From contig JAAOMT010000471.1 of NCBI GenBank assembly GCA_016748015.1, positions 36,606-100,605 on the forward strand: a DNA stretch of 64,000 nt, in the 5' to 3' direction. Every line of letters starts with the position of its first letter. The stretch's first letter is position 1. Positions 1-11,364 of the stretch are shown in pieces. Below the pieces are notes generated by a model. It was given only the letters and a program-made list of their open reading frames with translations. It was not told where the DNA came from and searched no databases. This stretch comes from Geosiphon pyriformis uo1 (taxonomy: Eukaryota; Fungi; Glomeromycota). Both the position numbers and the translations under genes were made by a program.

Positions 1-872
1 GGTCTTAAACTTATTACAAAACAGAATAATTTTATTTTGATTTATCAAAAAAAAAATCTTAATATTATTTTTATCCACTAAAACTAATCAATAACTTAAA
101 GCAAATACAGCAAAATCTAGTTTTTCAAAATAAACAATTATGTATTACCAAACACTAACAAATTTTAGTACAACATAGATAATCTTACCAAACACACTAA
201 AAGCTGTCCTAATATTAGCAACAGATATATTTAAAGACATATTATCCAATACAATAGCAGCAAAAAAAGAACTAGTCTCAAAAATCACCAAAAATTTGGC
301 AATTTTAAGAGTAGTCAAATAAATAGAACTTGTAAACTTAACCAAAAAAACAGCTTTCAAAAACTTTTAAGAAGCAAACTTTACACAAAAAAGCTTTACA
401 TTGTTCTTTAACATTAATTTCACACCTAAAAAACCATATATCAATTAAAAAACAGTCTTAATATATAATAATTTAAACTTGAAAGTAGTATCAGACACCA
501 AAATAAAAATTATTTATTTTGTAAACTTTTGATAACTAGATTTGATTTCTCAAGTACTACCAGCAGCAGCACTAAAAACTAACAAAAAAAATAAATCAGT
601 TTCTATTTGATTAGTCCAGTTTCCAAAAACAAGTAATCTAATAGAAAATTGTTGTTTTGTTTTAAAAACCAATAATAATTTGCCAAAAAAAACCATATTT
701 GACAGTACAACCAGTGATTAATCTTGGCCCATTTTAAACAACATGCTAAATATTACAACAAAAATCTTATTTAAGATCTTATTAAAAACTACAAAGATAA
801 ACAGTTGCTTTTACTTTTTTGAAACTTTGGTTTTTTTGACTATTATTTTTAAAGAGATAATATTAAAGACAT
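1..872 (-). mobile_element. Degenerate non-LTR (LINE) retrotransposon ORF1, downstream part; runs off the window edge
   Basis: The minus-strand frame reads ...IRTAFSVFGKIIYVVLKFVSVW*YIIVYFEKLDFAVFAL..., an RRM-like ORF1 segment resembling ORF1 of the LINE at 12.7-19.3 kb. It has many stops and is interrupted at 872/873 by the LTR element. Confidence 0.6.
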
Positions 873-1757
873 TGTTACTCATAAAATGAAAAACAGATAC
901 AGGGAAAATAGTAGACCAATAAGTGAATAGTATGTAACACATAAGCACATTGCTCAGCAATGTAGAGCAATAATAGAAATCATGACACATTGCTCAGCAA
1001 TGTAGAGCAATATCAGAAAACACAGCACATTGCTTAACAATATGGAGCAATGTTAAAAAAATAAAAGCACATCACTCAGCAATGTAAACATTGCTCAAAA
1101 AATCATAGCATATTGCTCGGGAAGATGAGTGATTTTATAGAACATTAATTATGTATATATAGCAGTGTTAGAAGTAGAAAGAGCAGAATTCTTTAGTTAG
1201 AAATTTTCCATTCACAAATATTAAATAAAATAAATTATTTACCATTCAAATTCATTCTCCACTATCAACACTTCATGTTAATAGTAATTGATACTTAACC
1301 ATGCTGGAACAATAACTCTTGATCATGGCTATTGATGAGACACTAACTTGCATATTGTCTTGGCTCATTTCTTTATTTTTCTTTTATTTTTTTTTTTTCT
1401 TTGATTTTATTGTTGTATACTAACTGATTAAAGATTAAAGTACTAAGTAATTAACATCATGGATAGCCTGGTAAAAGACCCAAAAATAAGAGTAAAATTA
1501 TATATATATTAATGGATAGCTTACCAGAAGGGCATAATTGTTAGAATAAACCGGCCACCAAGCTGAAAACAAAAATTGGGAACACAATTCACCAACCAAT
1601 TACATCATTATTAAATCTCTGTTCATTATACAAAGGACTCCACTCTAAAACCTTCAGATACAACCAATGTATTAGTATTATCAACATTGTCAAGATATTG
1701 AGTACCAAGTTATGGATTTGTTATTTGATTTGAGACCCCAAATAATCATCTGTAACA
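873..1757 (+). repeat. 5' LTR (885 bp)
   Basis: Starts TGTTAC, ends TGTAACA, aligns end to end with 10147-11033 and is followed by the PBS. Confidence 0.96.
947..1118 (+). repeat. Array of ~40-bp tandem units in LTR U3, each with the palindrome ACATTGCT-C-AGCAATGT
   Basis: Palindrome copies start at 947, 987, 1027 and 1069, with two half copies after them. The same array is present in the 3' LTR (~10220-10395). Confidence 0.85.
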
Positions 1758-1759
1758 TT

Positions 1760-1777
1760 TGGTGCTCCCTGTGAGAT
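1760..1777 (+). other. Primer-binding site (TGGTGCTCCCTGTGAGAT), probably elongator tRNA-Met
   Basis: Begins TGG 2 nt after the LTR end. Its reverse complement ATCTCACAGGGAGCACCA resembles the 3' end of eukaryotic elongator tRNA-Met (...TCCTCACACGGGGCACCA type). Confidence 0.8.
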
Positions 1778-4700
1778 ATAATTTTACAGAGAACAGCACC
1801 AACCACAATCATCTAAAAGTGGCAGAATCAGAAATCATAGGAACAAACCATTTAGGATTTGCCAAATACTTATTTCAACAGTACAGTCAACAATTAAGCT
1901 TAACCAACAACCATTATCCAGCAGAATTCACTTTTAACTTTTATGTTAACAAAAAGATCACAGACTGCTTAGGAAGAACAGTTGATATTGAATTAGCAAG
2001 AAAAAACTTTTATACAGAATTATTTCAACATATTAATTTACCAAGAAACTATAGTTTCGCAATTATCAGGGAAATCAATCAAACTATTGAAAAGTACACT
2101 CAACAACAATTTCCCATTACCTATGCAGACAAAGGCAAAGGAAGATTGCAAACCCCAGCAGTAACACTAAAACAAATACAACCACACAATTGGAAGAAAA
2201 CCTGAGTTGAATCATTCACCAATCTATCATACCATTATACACCAAGAAGTGCCATCAATATCTCATTAACAGGTGTGTCCACATCACATATGACATCAAC
2301 ATTTGGCCGACTCCCATTCCAGAGTAAATAAAAGAAAGCAGAGTTATTAGAAACTTATGGCAATTATTTTGAAGGATTTAAAACATGATTACCAATGTTA
2401 TCAGAATTCTGATCACCACCACCTTAACCAAATTTCAGAAACACGAGTCCTTGGGAAATAATGGAATCAGAAGAAGAGAAAGAAAAAAAATCTGAAGATC
2501 AAAAATTTACTTACCAGAATCCAATCACAGAAAACTCGGAATTTGGAACCCCAAATTTTCAAACCCAGCAAAATTCAAATTTAGAAAATCTGAAAATTGG
2601 GACTCCAAATATTCAACTACTGCCAAATCAGAACAATCAAAACTCTGATCTAATTAATCAACTAGACCTACCTCCCGTTATTATTATTAACCCACCACCA
2701 GTTGAACCAATTAGCCAGTCACTACAACAACCACACCAGTAGATTCAACAGCCACTAGTACCACTTCAACAACCACCACAACCCAACTTAGATCTAATGG
2801 TATACGTATCAATAGCCAAACTCGAAAAATTCACTGGTGAAGAGAACAATGCCCAAGTATGGCTAAATAATGTGGAGAAAGCCATTGCAGTTAATGGATG
2901 GAATAATGCCAGAGCCATGCAAGCCATTCCATATTTTCTCTAAAATACTGCCAATTTATGGTACCAAAGCCTGGTCAACAAACTTCAAGATTTCAATGCA
3001 TTCAAAATTGAGTTCTTAAGATACTTTAGCAACAATAACAGCATTAACAAACTAGCAAACATATTCACTACCATCAAACAAGGAAAAAATGAAGCAGTCA
3101 CTACTTACTTAGAACACTTCTACAGAAATCTGCACTAGATCCAAGTTATTGACACCAATTATTTCACAGTAGCCCAAATCCTAAATCAGTTTATTTGCAG
3201 ATTATGCAGTAGCATTCTGCAACGTATATGTCTATTGCATTTCATCAATCTGCAAGCAGCCATCACAAACGCCCGAAATTTTGAAGCCACTGAATTCGAA
3301 GCTAACCACACCCAAGCTGTTAATCTAGTAATAAATAGATCATCTGAATTGGATTCCAAATTGAAACAATTTAGTAATTCCATCAATCAGAAATTAGAGA
3401 GATACTTAGTTAACAATCACACAATTTATTAACCACCACAATGATGCAATAATTCTGGAAATGCAAATCATTTCCAGAATTAGTCGTGTCTATCATCATC
3501 GACCAATCAACAGTGATAACAAAAAACACATGTTTGCCACTATTGTGATAAACAAGGACACCTACAAATCAATTGCTGCCATTGCTTAAATAACCAACAA
3601 TTAGAAAATCAATATTGAAACCCCGATTGCCGGTTTTAAATTCCAAATAACCTACCAAACTCAGAGCCATATTATTAGAATTACATATCTATAATGCAGT
3701 AGCCACTTTATCAACCACCAGTATATCAAGCACCAATTTATCAACCGATAACACCGACAATTTATTAACTGTAGTCACAACTTATTTATCAGCCACAGTC
3801 TCAGGTAATCTATCAGCCCCAACAAATTTAAACACCACCACAGAACTTACCTCAAAACGGAACTCAAAGGCCAAGATTAATCCAGCAAAGCTGGAGATCA
3901 TCAATGGTAGTTTACCAACTGATCTCCAGTTCTTTCACACAACCAGCAAAATCTTGACAATAGAATTCAGGCACCGAGTATGCCCAAAACCCAAATTTCC
4001 AGAACTATTTAAGTCTCCTGGTTATTTTAAAAGATGCCCAACTCAATAATCCGGAGACCAACTAACAACTAACACTTACCAGCAACATTCTACCAGCTAC
4101 TATTACCAAGAACAAATCACTGAATGCCATTTTCCCATTTAAACTCAAAAAACTGTCGACCACACCATTATTTAGTGAAACCACTCTGGAAGAAAAACCT
4201 ATTACTGCCATGTATATTGATGCCAAAGTTGATAGCCATTCTATTAAACTAATCCTAAACAGTGGATCAACTGGTAGCATCATTACAAAACAACTTATGG
4301 ATCAATTAAGTTGTCAAGTTGATTGTGCTGCCAATGGTAGGATCATAATTGCCAATGGAGCAACAAAAACTCTCATTGGTAAGATCAACAACTTTCCCAT
4401 CAAAGTCAATAGTATCATGGTCCCAATCAAAGTACTGGTCATGGAAGCCACCCAATATGAAGCACTTATTGGTAATAATTGGCTATTCAAAACCAACGTG
4501 TTGCTTGATTGGAATATATAGGAGCTTCAAATTAGCCAGAATGGCTAACACACATGCATACCAGCTACATATAACTATTTCAAAACCACCAATTCGACAA
4601 CACCACTTATTGAATTTGAGAAAAAGAAAAAGAAACCTACCTGGAAAGCCTACCAAGTTTCTTGGGCTGACACAAAACACAATGAGCTATTACCAGTACC

Positions 4701-5789
4701 TTTATGGGATGACAACAGCAAAAGAAAGCAGAGCAAAGAACTTACCTGAAAAGCCGACCAAGCCTGGGAAACCAGCAATAACCAGGAAGAACAAATAAAT
4801 TGGGAATGGAAAGAAGACAAAAAAGAAAAAGGAAAGGGGAAGGAAGAAGAACCAACAACTGACAGCAATCTCACTTATAATTTCTACACTACACTCTACC
4901 AATCCACTTATTGCCGCCCAAAACTGGTAAGCATTGATTGCGGCAAGAAATTGTCATCAATGAGTGCTTGTTGTGGTGATGATAAGGAGTACACTTCAGC
5001 AACAAAATTCTACTGCCACCCATGCATTATTGAATGCTTTGAAAGGCCAAAACAGGTTGGAAAATGGAACAATGAACCATGCTTGGCTTGTGGAGAAACT
5101 CTTTTGGACAAAGAAATGTGGAACAACATTTCTGGGTAAGGAGAAACATGCAATGAATTGTGTCAATACATGATTTTCATAAGTGATTGGGTAATAAAAA
5201 GAATGCTTATAGACACTGCCTATAGACAAGTCATCAAATGTCTAGACAGATGTCCACACAATGATGACAAAATCTGGCGAATGGCACTCGCCAAAATCAA
5301 AGAAGTAACATCAAAAGAAATAAAAACAATTAAAAATAACCCACCTGAACCTATAGAACTTGACTGGAACCCAGAACCAGTTATAAATCTCCTAGATCCA
5401 GAACAATTCTACAAACATTATCAAAAGCTAGCACCTATAAGAAAAGAGCAAGAGCAATGCTTGGAAAAAATAAATACAAGACTATGTGATCATTGTTTAA
5501 TTCCCTGTGACTTCTAATACTGTAATGAATGTGACCTTATTTACAATCCATCACCATACATGATTCACACAATCCCAAAAAAAGACAAACCAATCAGCAG
5601 CTGCACATCAGAATTGGAATCAGTTTTCAATCCTGATTTAAACTTTGACAATAACAACAATAAAAATAACAGTTCCAGTTCCACTCAATATAGTAACAAA
5701 AATAACAATGATTTGGACTCTGATTCAAATCCCAAAACATTTATCGCACTTTCTGATCTCATCAAGAAGCAGAAACTGAAATGGTTCAG

Positions 5790-6201
5790 TGATAACAATG
5801 AAAGTATCATGCCAGAATGTGTACATAATACTGATGCAGGGTTTGATCTGAGATATCCAGAAAAAAATGCCATAAAAGTGGAACTTCACTCATGCACCTG
5901 CATTGATTTCAAAATAGCACTGAAGATCTCAGCAACAACTATGGTTCAACTAGCATCTAGGAGTAGCTTGGCGAAAAAGAAAATCAACATCAAAGGAGAG
6001 ATAATTAATGCAAAATATGTAGGAAATATCATTGTTATGTTACAAAATGACTTTAAAAAGGCCTATATCATAAAGTCAAATGAAAAGATAGCACAAGCAA
6101 TATTCTTACCTCTGCTGAAAATAGCTCAATTAGTGTCAATAGAAAACAGGAAGGAATTAGGGATTACAGTTAGAGGGATACAGGAATTTGGATTAATGGG
6201 T
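5790..6201 (+). pseudogene. Retroelement-borne trimeric-type dUTPase domain
   Basis: All five motifs are recognisable: DAGFDL, SRSSLA, GEIINAKYVGNI (from GxIDxxYxG), EKIAQAI, RGIQEFGLMG (from RGxxGFGSTG). Confidence 0.9.
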
Positions 6202-8065
6202 AGAATAGATATACCAGTTAATATGGCAGAAGAAGAAATTGCTGACAAAGGAAAAATTATCTCAACCTGTCAAACAATTTCCATTCTGCCATATGACCAG
6301 TATATATTAGCCATAAAAAAAGAAGTAAAAGATCAAGCTTAATTGTTTGAAGCAGAAGCCACCATTTGTGAATCAGGAGAGATTGGACTCACCAATCTCT
6401 ACATCTCAACCAACAGTCCCAAAAACATTAAAATTCTCATTTACAACACAACTGGAAACGTCATTGAAATACCAAAGAGAACTATTATTAAATATTTAAC
6501 CACTGAAATTGAGGATCAACTACCAAACCACATTCCAGATTTTCCACAGCTTTGCGAATACGTGGACATTATATCACTAACCATCTATGGACGAAATGAA
6601 TGTTATCTGCTTCAACCAGAACAATTGGAACAGATAAACATGAAAAATCTAGACTCACTTCAACAGATACAACTAAGGATGTTACTTAGCCAATTCAATA
6701 ACATCTTTGCTAGTGAAAATGAATTTGGCCATACTAACATTATACAGCATCAAATTAAGACTGAAGATACAATGCCAATTAAACAAAGAGCATACAGAGT
6801 ACCACCAGCTAGCCATGAGATCATTCATCAAGAAATCAATCAGATGTTTGACAATGGGCTAATTCAGCTATTAATAAGTCCATGATCATCACCAGTAGTA
6901 CTAGTCCAGAAGAAGAATGAGAAGATCTATTTTTATGTGGATTATCAAAAACTGAATGGAGTAACTAAAAGTAATAGCTATCCAACTCCAAAGATTTAAG
7001 AATTATTCAATGCTTTTGGAAGAAATAGATGGTTTTCAACACTAGATTTAGATAGTGGTTACTGGCAAGTAGCCATGGATCCAGCTGACAAAGAAAAAAC
7101 AGCATTTACCACAAGAGAGGAGAATTTTGAGTTTGAAGTCATGCCATTTGGCTTGATAAATGCTCCAGCAACATTCCAATGGCTCATAGAAATTGTCTAT
7201 ACTGGATTATTATGAAAATCAGTAGTTGTATACTTAGACAACACAAATATATTCTCCAAAACATTTGATGACCATTTACATCATCTTTAACAAGTATTTG
7301 AAAGACTCAGATGAGCAGAATTGAAACTAAATGCCAACAAATACTTCTTTGGAAAAACCAAGCTTAAGTTTTTAGAACATATGGTGAGCAAAGATAGTAT
7401 CAAAATGGATTCAGATGAGATTGCAATAGTAAAGAACTTTTCAGTACCAACAAACTTGCCAGAACTAAGGGCATTTTTGGAATTCGCAGGCTACTATTAC
7501 CATTTTATCAAGAACTTTTCTAAACTAGCTTAGCCATTTCACTATCTACAAACCAAAAATGTGAAATATGAATGGACTGAAGCTTAACAAGAAGCATTTA
7601 ACACATTAAGAAGAAAGCTTATCCAAGCTTCAGTATTGATGTATCCAGATTCCAACAAACTATTCATCATTACTATTGATGCATCAGGTCAAGCATTGGG
7701 AGCAGTACTATTACAAAAAAGACCAGATAGAAAAAAACATTCAGTAGCTTATGCCAGTAAAAGCTTAAGTCCAGCTGAAAAGAACTTTAGAACTCCAGCA
7801 TTGGAACACTTAGCAATCTATTGGGCTGTCATCAAATAAAGAGAATACTTGAACCAAAAGTTTGAAATATATATGGATCACAAGGAATTGACTTTAATCT
7901 AGAAGCAAGAATTTGGAAATGATTGCCATGCCAGATAGAAAATAAAATTTTCACCATTCAATTACACAGTACATTATAAAAAAGGAAAAGACAATAGAAA
8001 TGCTGATGGTTTGTCATGAATAAGACAAATCTAAAAACATTTCAACCCAAAAATATAACAAAAAG

Positions 8066-9442
8066 ATGAATACGCAAAAATACCAACAATTCCAGCATTA
8101 TATAAATACTCAATTATTCAAGGAGAAATTATCTCAAAAAGAACAAAACAACATAAAACAGCAATCAAAATATTTTATCAATCATCAAAATATACTTTAC
8201 TAGAAAAACAGAAAAAATCCAAACCAATCAACCAAAGTAGTTATGGAACCAGAAAAAAAAACAATATTGTTCAACATGCACTCAGATCCAACAGCAGGAC
8301 ATTTTCATAAAGAAGCAATTATAGAAAGAACCAAAAAAAGATACTATTGGCCATCAATGTATTCAGACATCATCTAATATGTTCAGAATTGTGATACTTG
8401 TCAGAGAAGAGGTAGAACAAGACCAAGTAAACTATTAAGACCAATCAAAGTGGAACAACTATTTGATTGAATTGGAATTAATTTAGTTGGACCACTAACA
8501 ATCACTAGCAAAAACAACAGATATATTGCAGTAACCATGGATTATCTCACTAAATGGCCAGAAGCAAAAGCCATTTAAAGAGCAGATGCAGAATCTGTTG
8601 CCGAATTTGTTCATCAAGATTTGATCTGTTGACACGGATGTCCAAAAAAACTACTATTAAATCAAAGAACCCACTTTGTGAACAGAACATTGACAGAATT
8701 AAGTCAAAGATTTAGAATTAAAAGACTCTTATTATTATCATACCATCCACAAACAAATGGACTAGTCAAAAGATTTAACAGAACATTGTGTAAAGCAATC
8801 ACCAAAATCAGTCAAGAAAACCAAGACGAATGGGATTTAGTTATACCATCAGTATTATTTGCTTATTGGGCAATAAGACAAGATACTACACAAGCAACAC
8901 CATTTGAATTAGTATATGGTAGAATAGCAACATTATCAGTTAAGATAGAGGTTAACACATATCTAACTGAACCAATAACAGAAGCTAATTTCCAAGAAAC
9001 ATTGTTGAAAAAAACATATGACCTAATGGAAACACTAGAAAACAGATAATAAAAAGCAGCTGATAACATTCAAAAGTCTTAAGAAAAGCAAAAAAAATGA
9101 CACAATAACCAATTACCAGATAAACCAATTGAATTCAAGATTGGAGACAAAGTACTTCTATATTGTACCAAAGTAGAAAAACAATAAAGTAGAAAATTCA
9201 ATCCCAAATGGGACAGACCATTTCACATAGAAGAAATTCTTGGAAATAGAGCTTATAAATTAAGATGGAACAACAAAATTTTAACCAAAACAGCACATAG
9301 TGATCAACTGAAATCTTATCACCAAATAGCATCATCATCTACCAATAACATTCTACAATTGTAAGTACAACAAATACTAGTTCAACCAAATGAGATTCCA
9401 CAAGATCTAGAACCAATCATAATCATTGGACCAAACATGTAA
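8066..9442 (+). pseudogene. Integrase, separate ORF in frame 2
   Basis: ATG at 8066 (MNTQKYQQF). HHCC motif HSDPTAGH...YWPSM...CDTC; core IGINLVGP / DYLTKWPEA / LLNQRTHF / YHPQTNGLVKRFN with catalytic D,D,E changed to N,N,K by G->A; GPY/F-like WDRPF; C-terminus EPIIII. Confidence 0.92.
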
Positions 9443-10130
9443 AATCAAACAATAAAAAAATATATAAAGACACAGTATATGCGACAAAGGCAATCAAAAA
9501 AAAAATAGAAATACCAGATTATAATTACACCATAGCTCAACAATTATTTCAGGCCTTAAGTCAACAATCTTTAGACATAGAAATTATTGTTAACAACCAA
9601 ACAATTTGTTACTGAAACACCAAAAGAAAGACAAAAAATACACCATATCAGCAGTTACCAAAAACTGGTCAGATAACATAATAGAAAAAGTAAAGAACAC
9701 TTTTGGAAAAATACCTATTATGGCACCAACAGAAGAACTTACAAAAAAAAATTGGAAGCAATAAACAAAACAACTTTCAATATCATATTATTACTACCAG
9801 TTAAGTCGAAAGTTAAATATTCAAGAGTTGTATATCAACAAATCCAAAAGGATATTTAACCAAAACATAATACAGCAAATTGAAGAATTTATTGGAAAAA
9901 AGACAAACTCAACACTACATGTGAGAATAATTTACTGACTGCACAACATATTTCAGAACTATCCAGAAATACTGTTATACTCTGACATGGAAACCATAAC
10001 CATTAACCAATGGAGAAGAATGAACAATGTACAAGTAGAAGATGTGAAAAATAAAGTCGAACAAACAATACTAGAAAAAGAAGTATTAGAGCTAATTCAG
10101 AATGAAGATTTCGACAAAGCTCAATATTAA
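9440..10130 (+). pseudogene. Extra ORF3 of unknown function between integrase and the 3' LTR
   Basis: Frame 3 from ~9600 to the stop at 10130 reads KNWSDNIIEKVKNTFGKIPIMAPTEELTKKNWKQ*TKQLSISYYYYQLSRKL...RIIY*LHNIFQNYPEILLYSDMETITINQWRRMNN...EDFDKAQY*. Both internal stops are C->T type. The N-terminal part is frameshifted in A-runs. Confidence 0.65.
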
Positions 10131-10146
10131 AAAAAGGAGGAGATAA
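10129..10146 (+). other. Polypurine tract
   Basis: AAAAAAAGGAGGAGATAA immediately upstream of the 3' LTR TG. Confidence 0.85.
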
Positions 10147-11033
10147 TGTTACTTATAAAAAAAAAACAGATATAGGGAAAATAGTAGACCAATAAGCAAA
10201 TAGTATATAGCATATGAGCACATTGCTCAGCAATATAGAGCAATAATAGAAATCACAGCACATTGCTCAGCAATATAGAGCAATATCAGAAAACATGGCA
10301 CATTGCTCAGCAATATGAAGTGATGTTAGAAAAATGAGAGCACATTACTCAGCAATATGAACATTGCTCAAGAAATCATAGCACATTGCTCAGGAAAGTA
10401 AGTGATCTTATAGAACATCAATTATATATATATAGCAGTAGCATTAGAAGTAGAAAGAGCAGAATTTTTTAGTTAGAAATCTTCCATTCACAAATATTAA
10501 ATAAAATAAATCATTCACCATTCAAATCTACTCTCTACTATCAACATGAAATATTGATAGTAATTAATACTTAACCACACTCAAACAATAGCTCTTGATT
10601 ATGGCTATTGACAAGACATTAACTTGCACATTGCCTTGGCTTATTTCTTTATTTTTCTTTTATTTTCTTTCTTTCTTTGATTTTATTGTTGTATACTAAC
10701 TGATTAAAAATTAAAGCATTAAGTAATTAACGTCATGGATAGCCTGGTAAAAAACCCTGAAATAAGGGTAAAATTATATATATATTAATGGATAGCTTAC
10801 CAAAAGGGCACAACTGCCAGAATAAACCAGCCACCAAGCTGAAGACAAAAATTGGAAACACAACTCACCAACCAATCACATTGTCATTGAATCTCTGTCT
10901 ATTATACAAAGAACTCCACTCTAAAACCTTCAGATACAACTAATGTATCAGTATTACCAGCATTATCAAGATATTGAGCACCAAGTTATGGATTTGTTAT
11001 TTGATTTAAGATTCCAAATAATCATTTATAACA
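10147..11033 (+). repeat. 3' LTR (887 bp)
   Basis: TGTTAC...TATAACA, colinear with the 5' LTR; the differences are almost all transitions. Confidence 0.96.
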
Positions 11034-11364
11034 ACATTAAATATAAAAACTATAATAAGAAAAACCAGCTTATTAACTAATCTGTTATTTAAAACTTTAG
11101 AGCTCTTAAAAAAGGTAAAACAACATTAGAACTAATTTAAGTGTATTTTTTTGAAAGAATTTTGACTAATAAAAAATCAGCCAAAAATAAAAAAATACTT
11201 TAATAACTACTAAAAATAGCTTTTTACTATTATTACTAAAAAAAAAGCTTCTAAAATGTTTAACTATCTGTTTCTATAACAAAAAGAACTTTTTTAATTG
11301 AAACTTTGTAAAATACCAAAAAAAAGATACCAGTTACAGTTTTTTTATTTTTTGTTTTAGTTAT
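11034..11364 (-). mobile_element. Degenerate LINE ORF1, N-terminal part (continuation of 1-872)
   Basis: Removing the LTR element and one TSD copy restores a continuous minus-strand frame NKLVFLIIVFIFNV|FNIISLKIIVKKTKVSKK. Confidence 0.6.

Larger units (their letters stand above)
1759..8034 (+). pseudogene. gag-protease-(Cys-rich)-dUTPase-RT-RNaseH polyprotein in a single frame, broken by many nonsense codons
   Basis: All ORF fragments (1759, 2461, 3235, 4210, 4951, 5158, 5560, 6343, 7321, 7636) share frame 1. Motifs: gag LEKFTGEENNAQVWL; Zn knuckle CHYCDKQGHLQINC (3535-3576); protease LILNSGS (DSGS mutated); dUTPase AGFDL/RSSLA/KIAQ; RT LDLDSGYWQ, MPFGL, YLDN (YLDD mutated); RNase H IDASG...ADGLS. 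Confidence 0.95.
873..11033 (+). mobile_element. Full-length but inactivated Ty3/Gypsy LTR retrotransposon carrying dUTPase
   Basis: Paired LTRs TGTTAC...TAACA, TSD ACAT (869-872 and 11034-11037), PBS at 1760, PPT at 10129-10146, and domain order gag-PR-dUT-RT-RH-IN. Confidence 0.97.

Noticed and set aside
947-1118. Palindromic repeats with spacers resembling a CRISPR array
   Set aside because: The spacers are similar to one another, the array is inside both LTRs, the context is eukaryotic, and there are no cas genes.
1513-1757. gag frame apparently extending upstream into the LTR
   Set aside because: The in-frame TAA at 1753-1755 is part of the conserved LTR terminus (TAACA in both LTRs), so read-through is unsupported. 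The true gag start could not be located.
3663-4049. Stop-free Thr/Ser-rich alternative frame overlapping gag
   Set aside because: It is a shadow of the YQP repeat. That frame lacks CAA/CAG/CGA codons, so C->T mutation creates no stops in it.
4062-5873. Antisense and alternative-frame ORFs in the track over pol
   Set aside because: They are by-products of the strongly A-rich coding strand and show no motifs.
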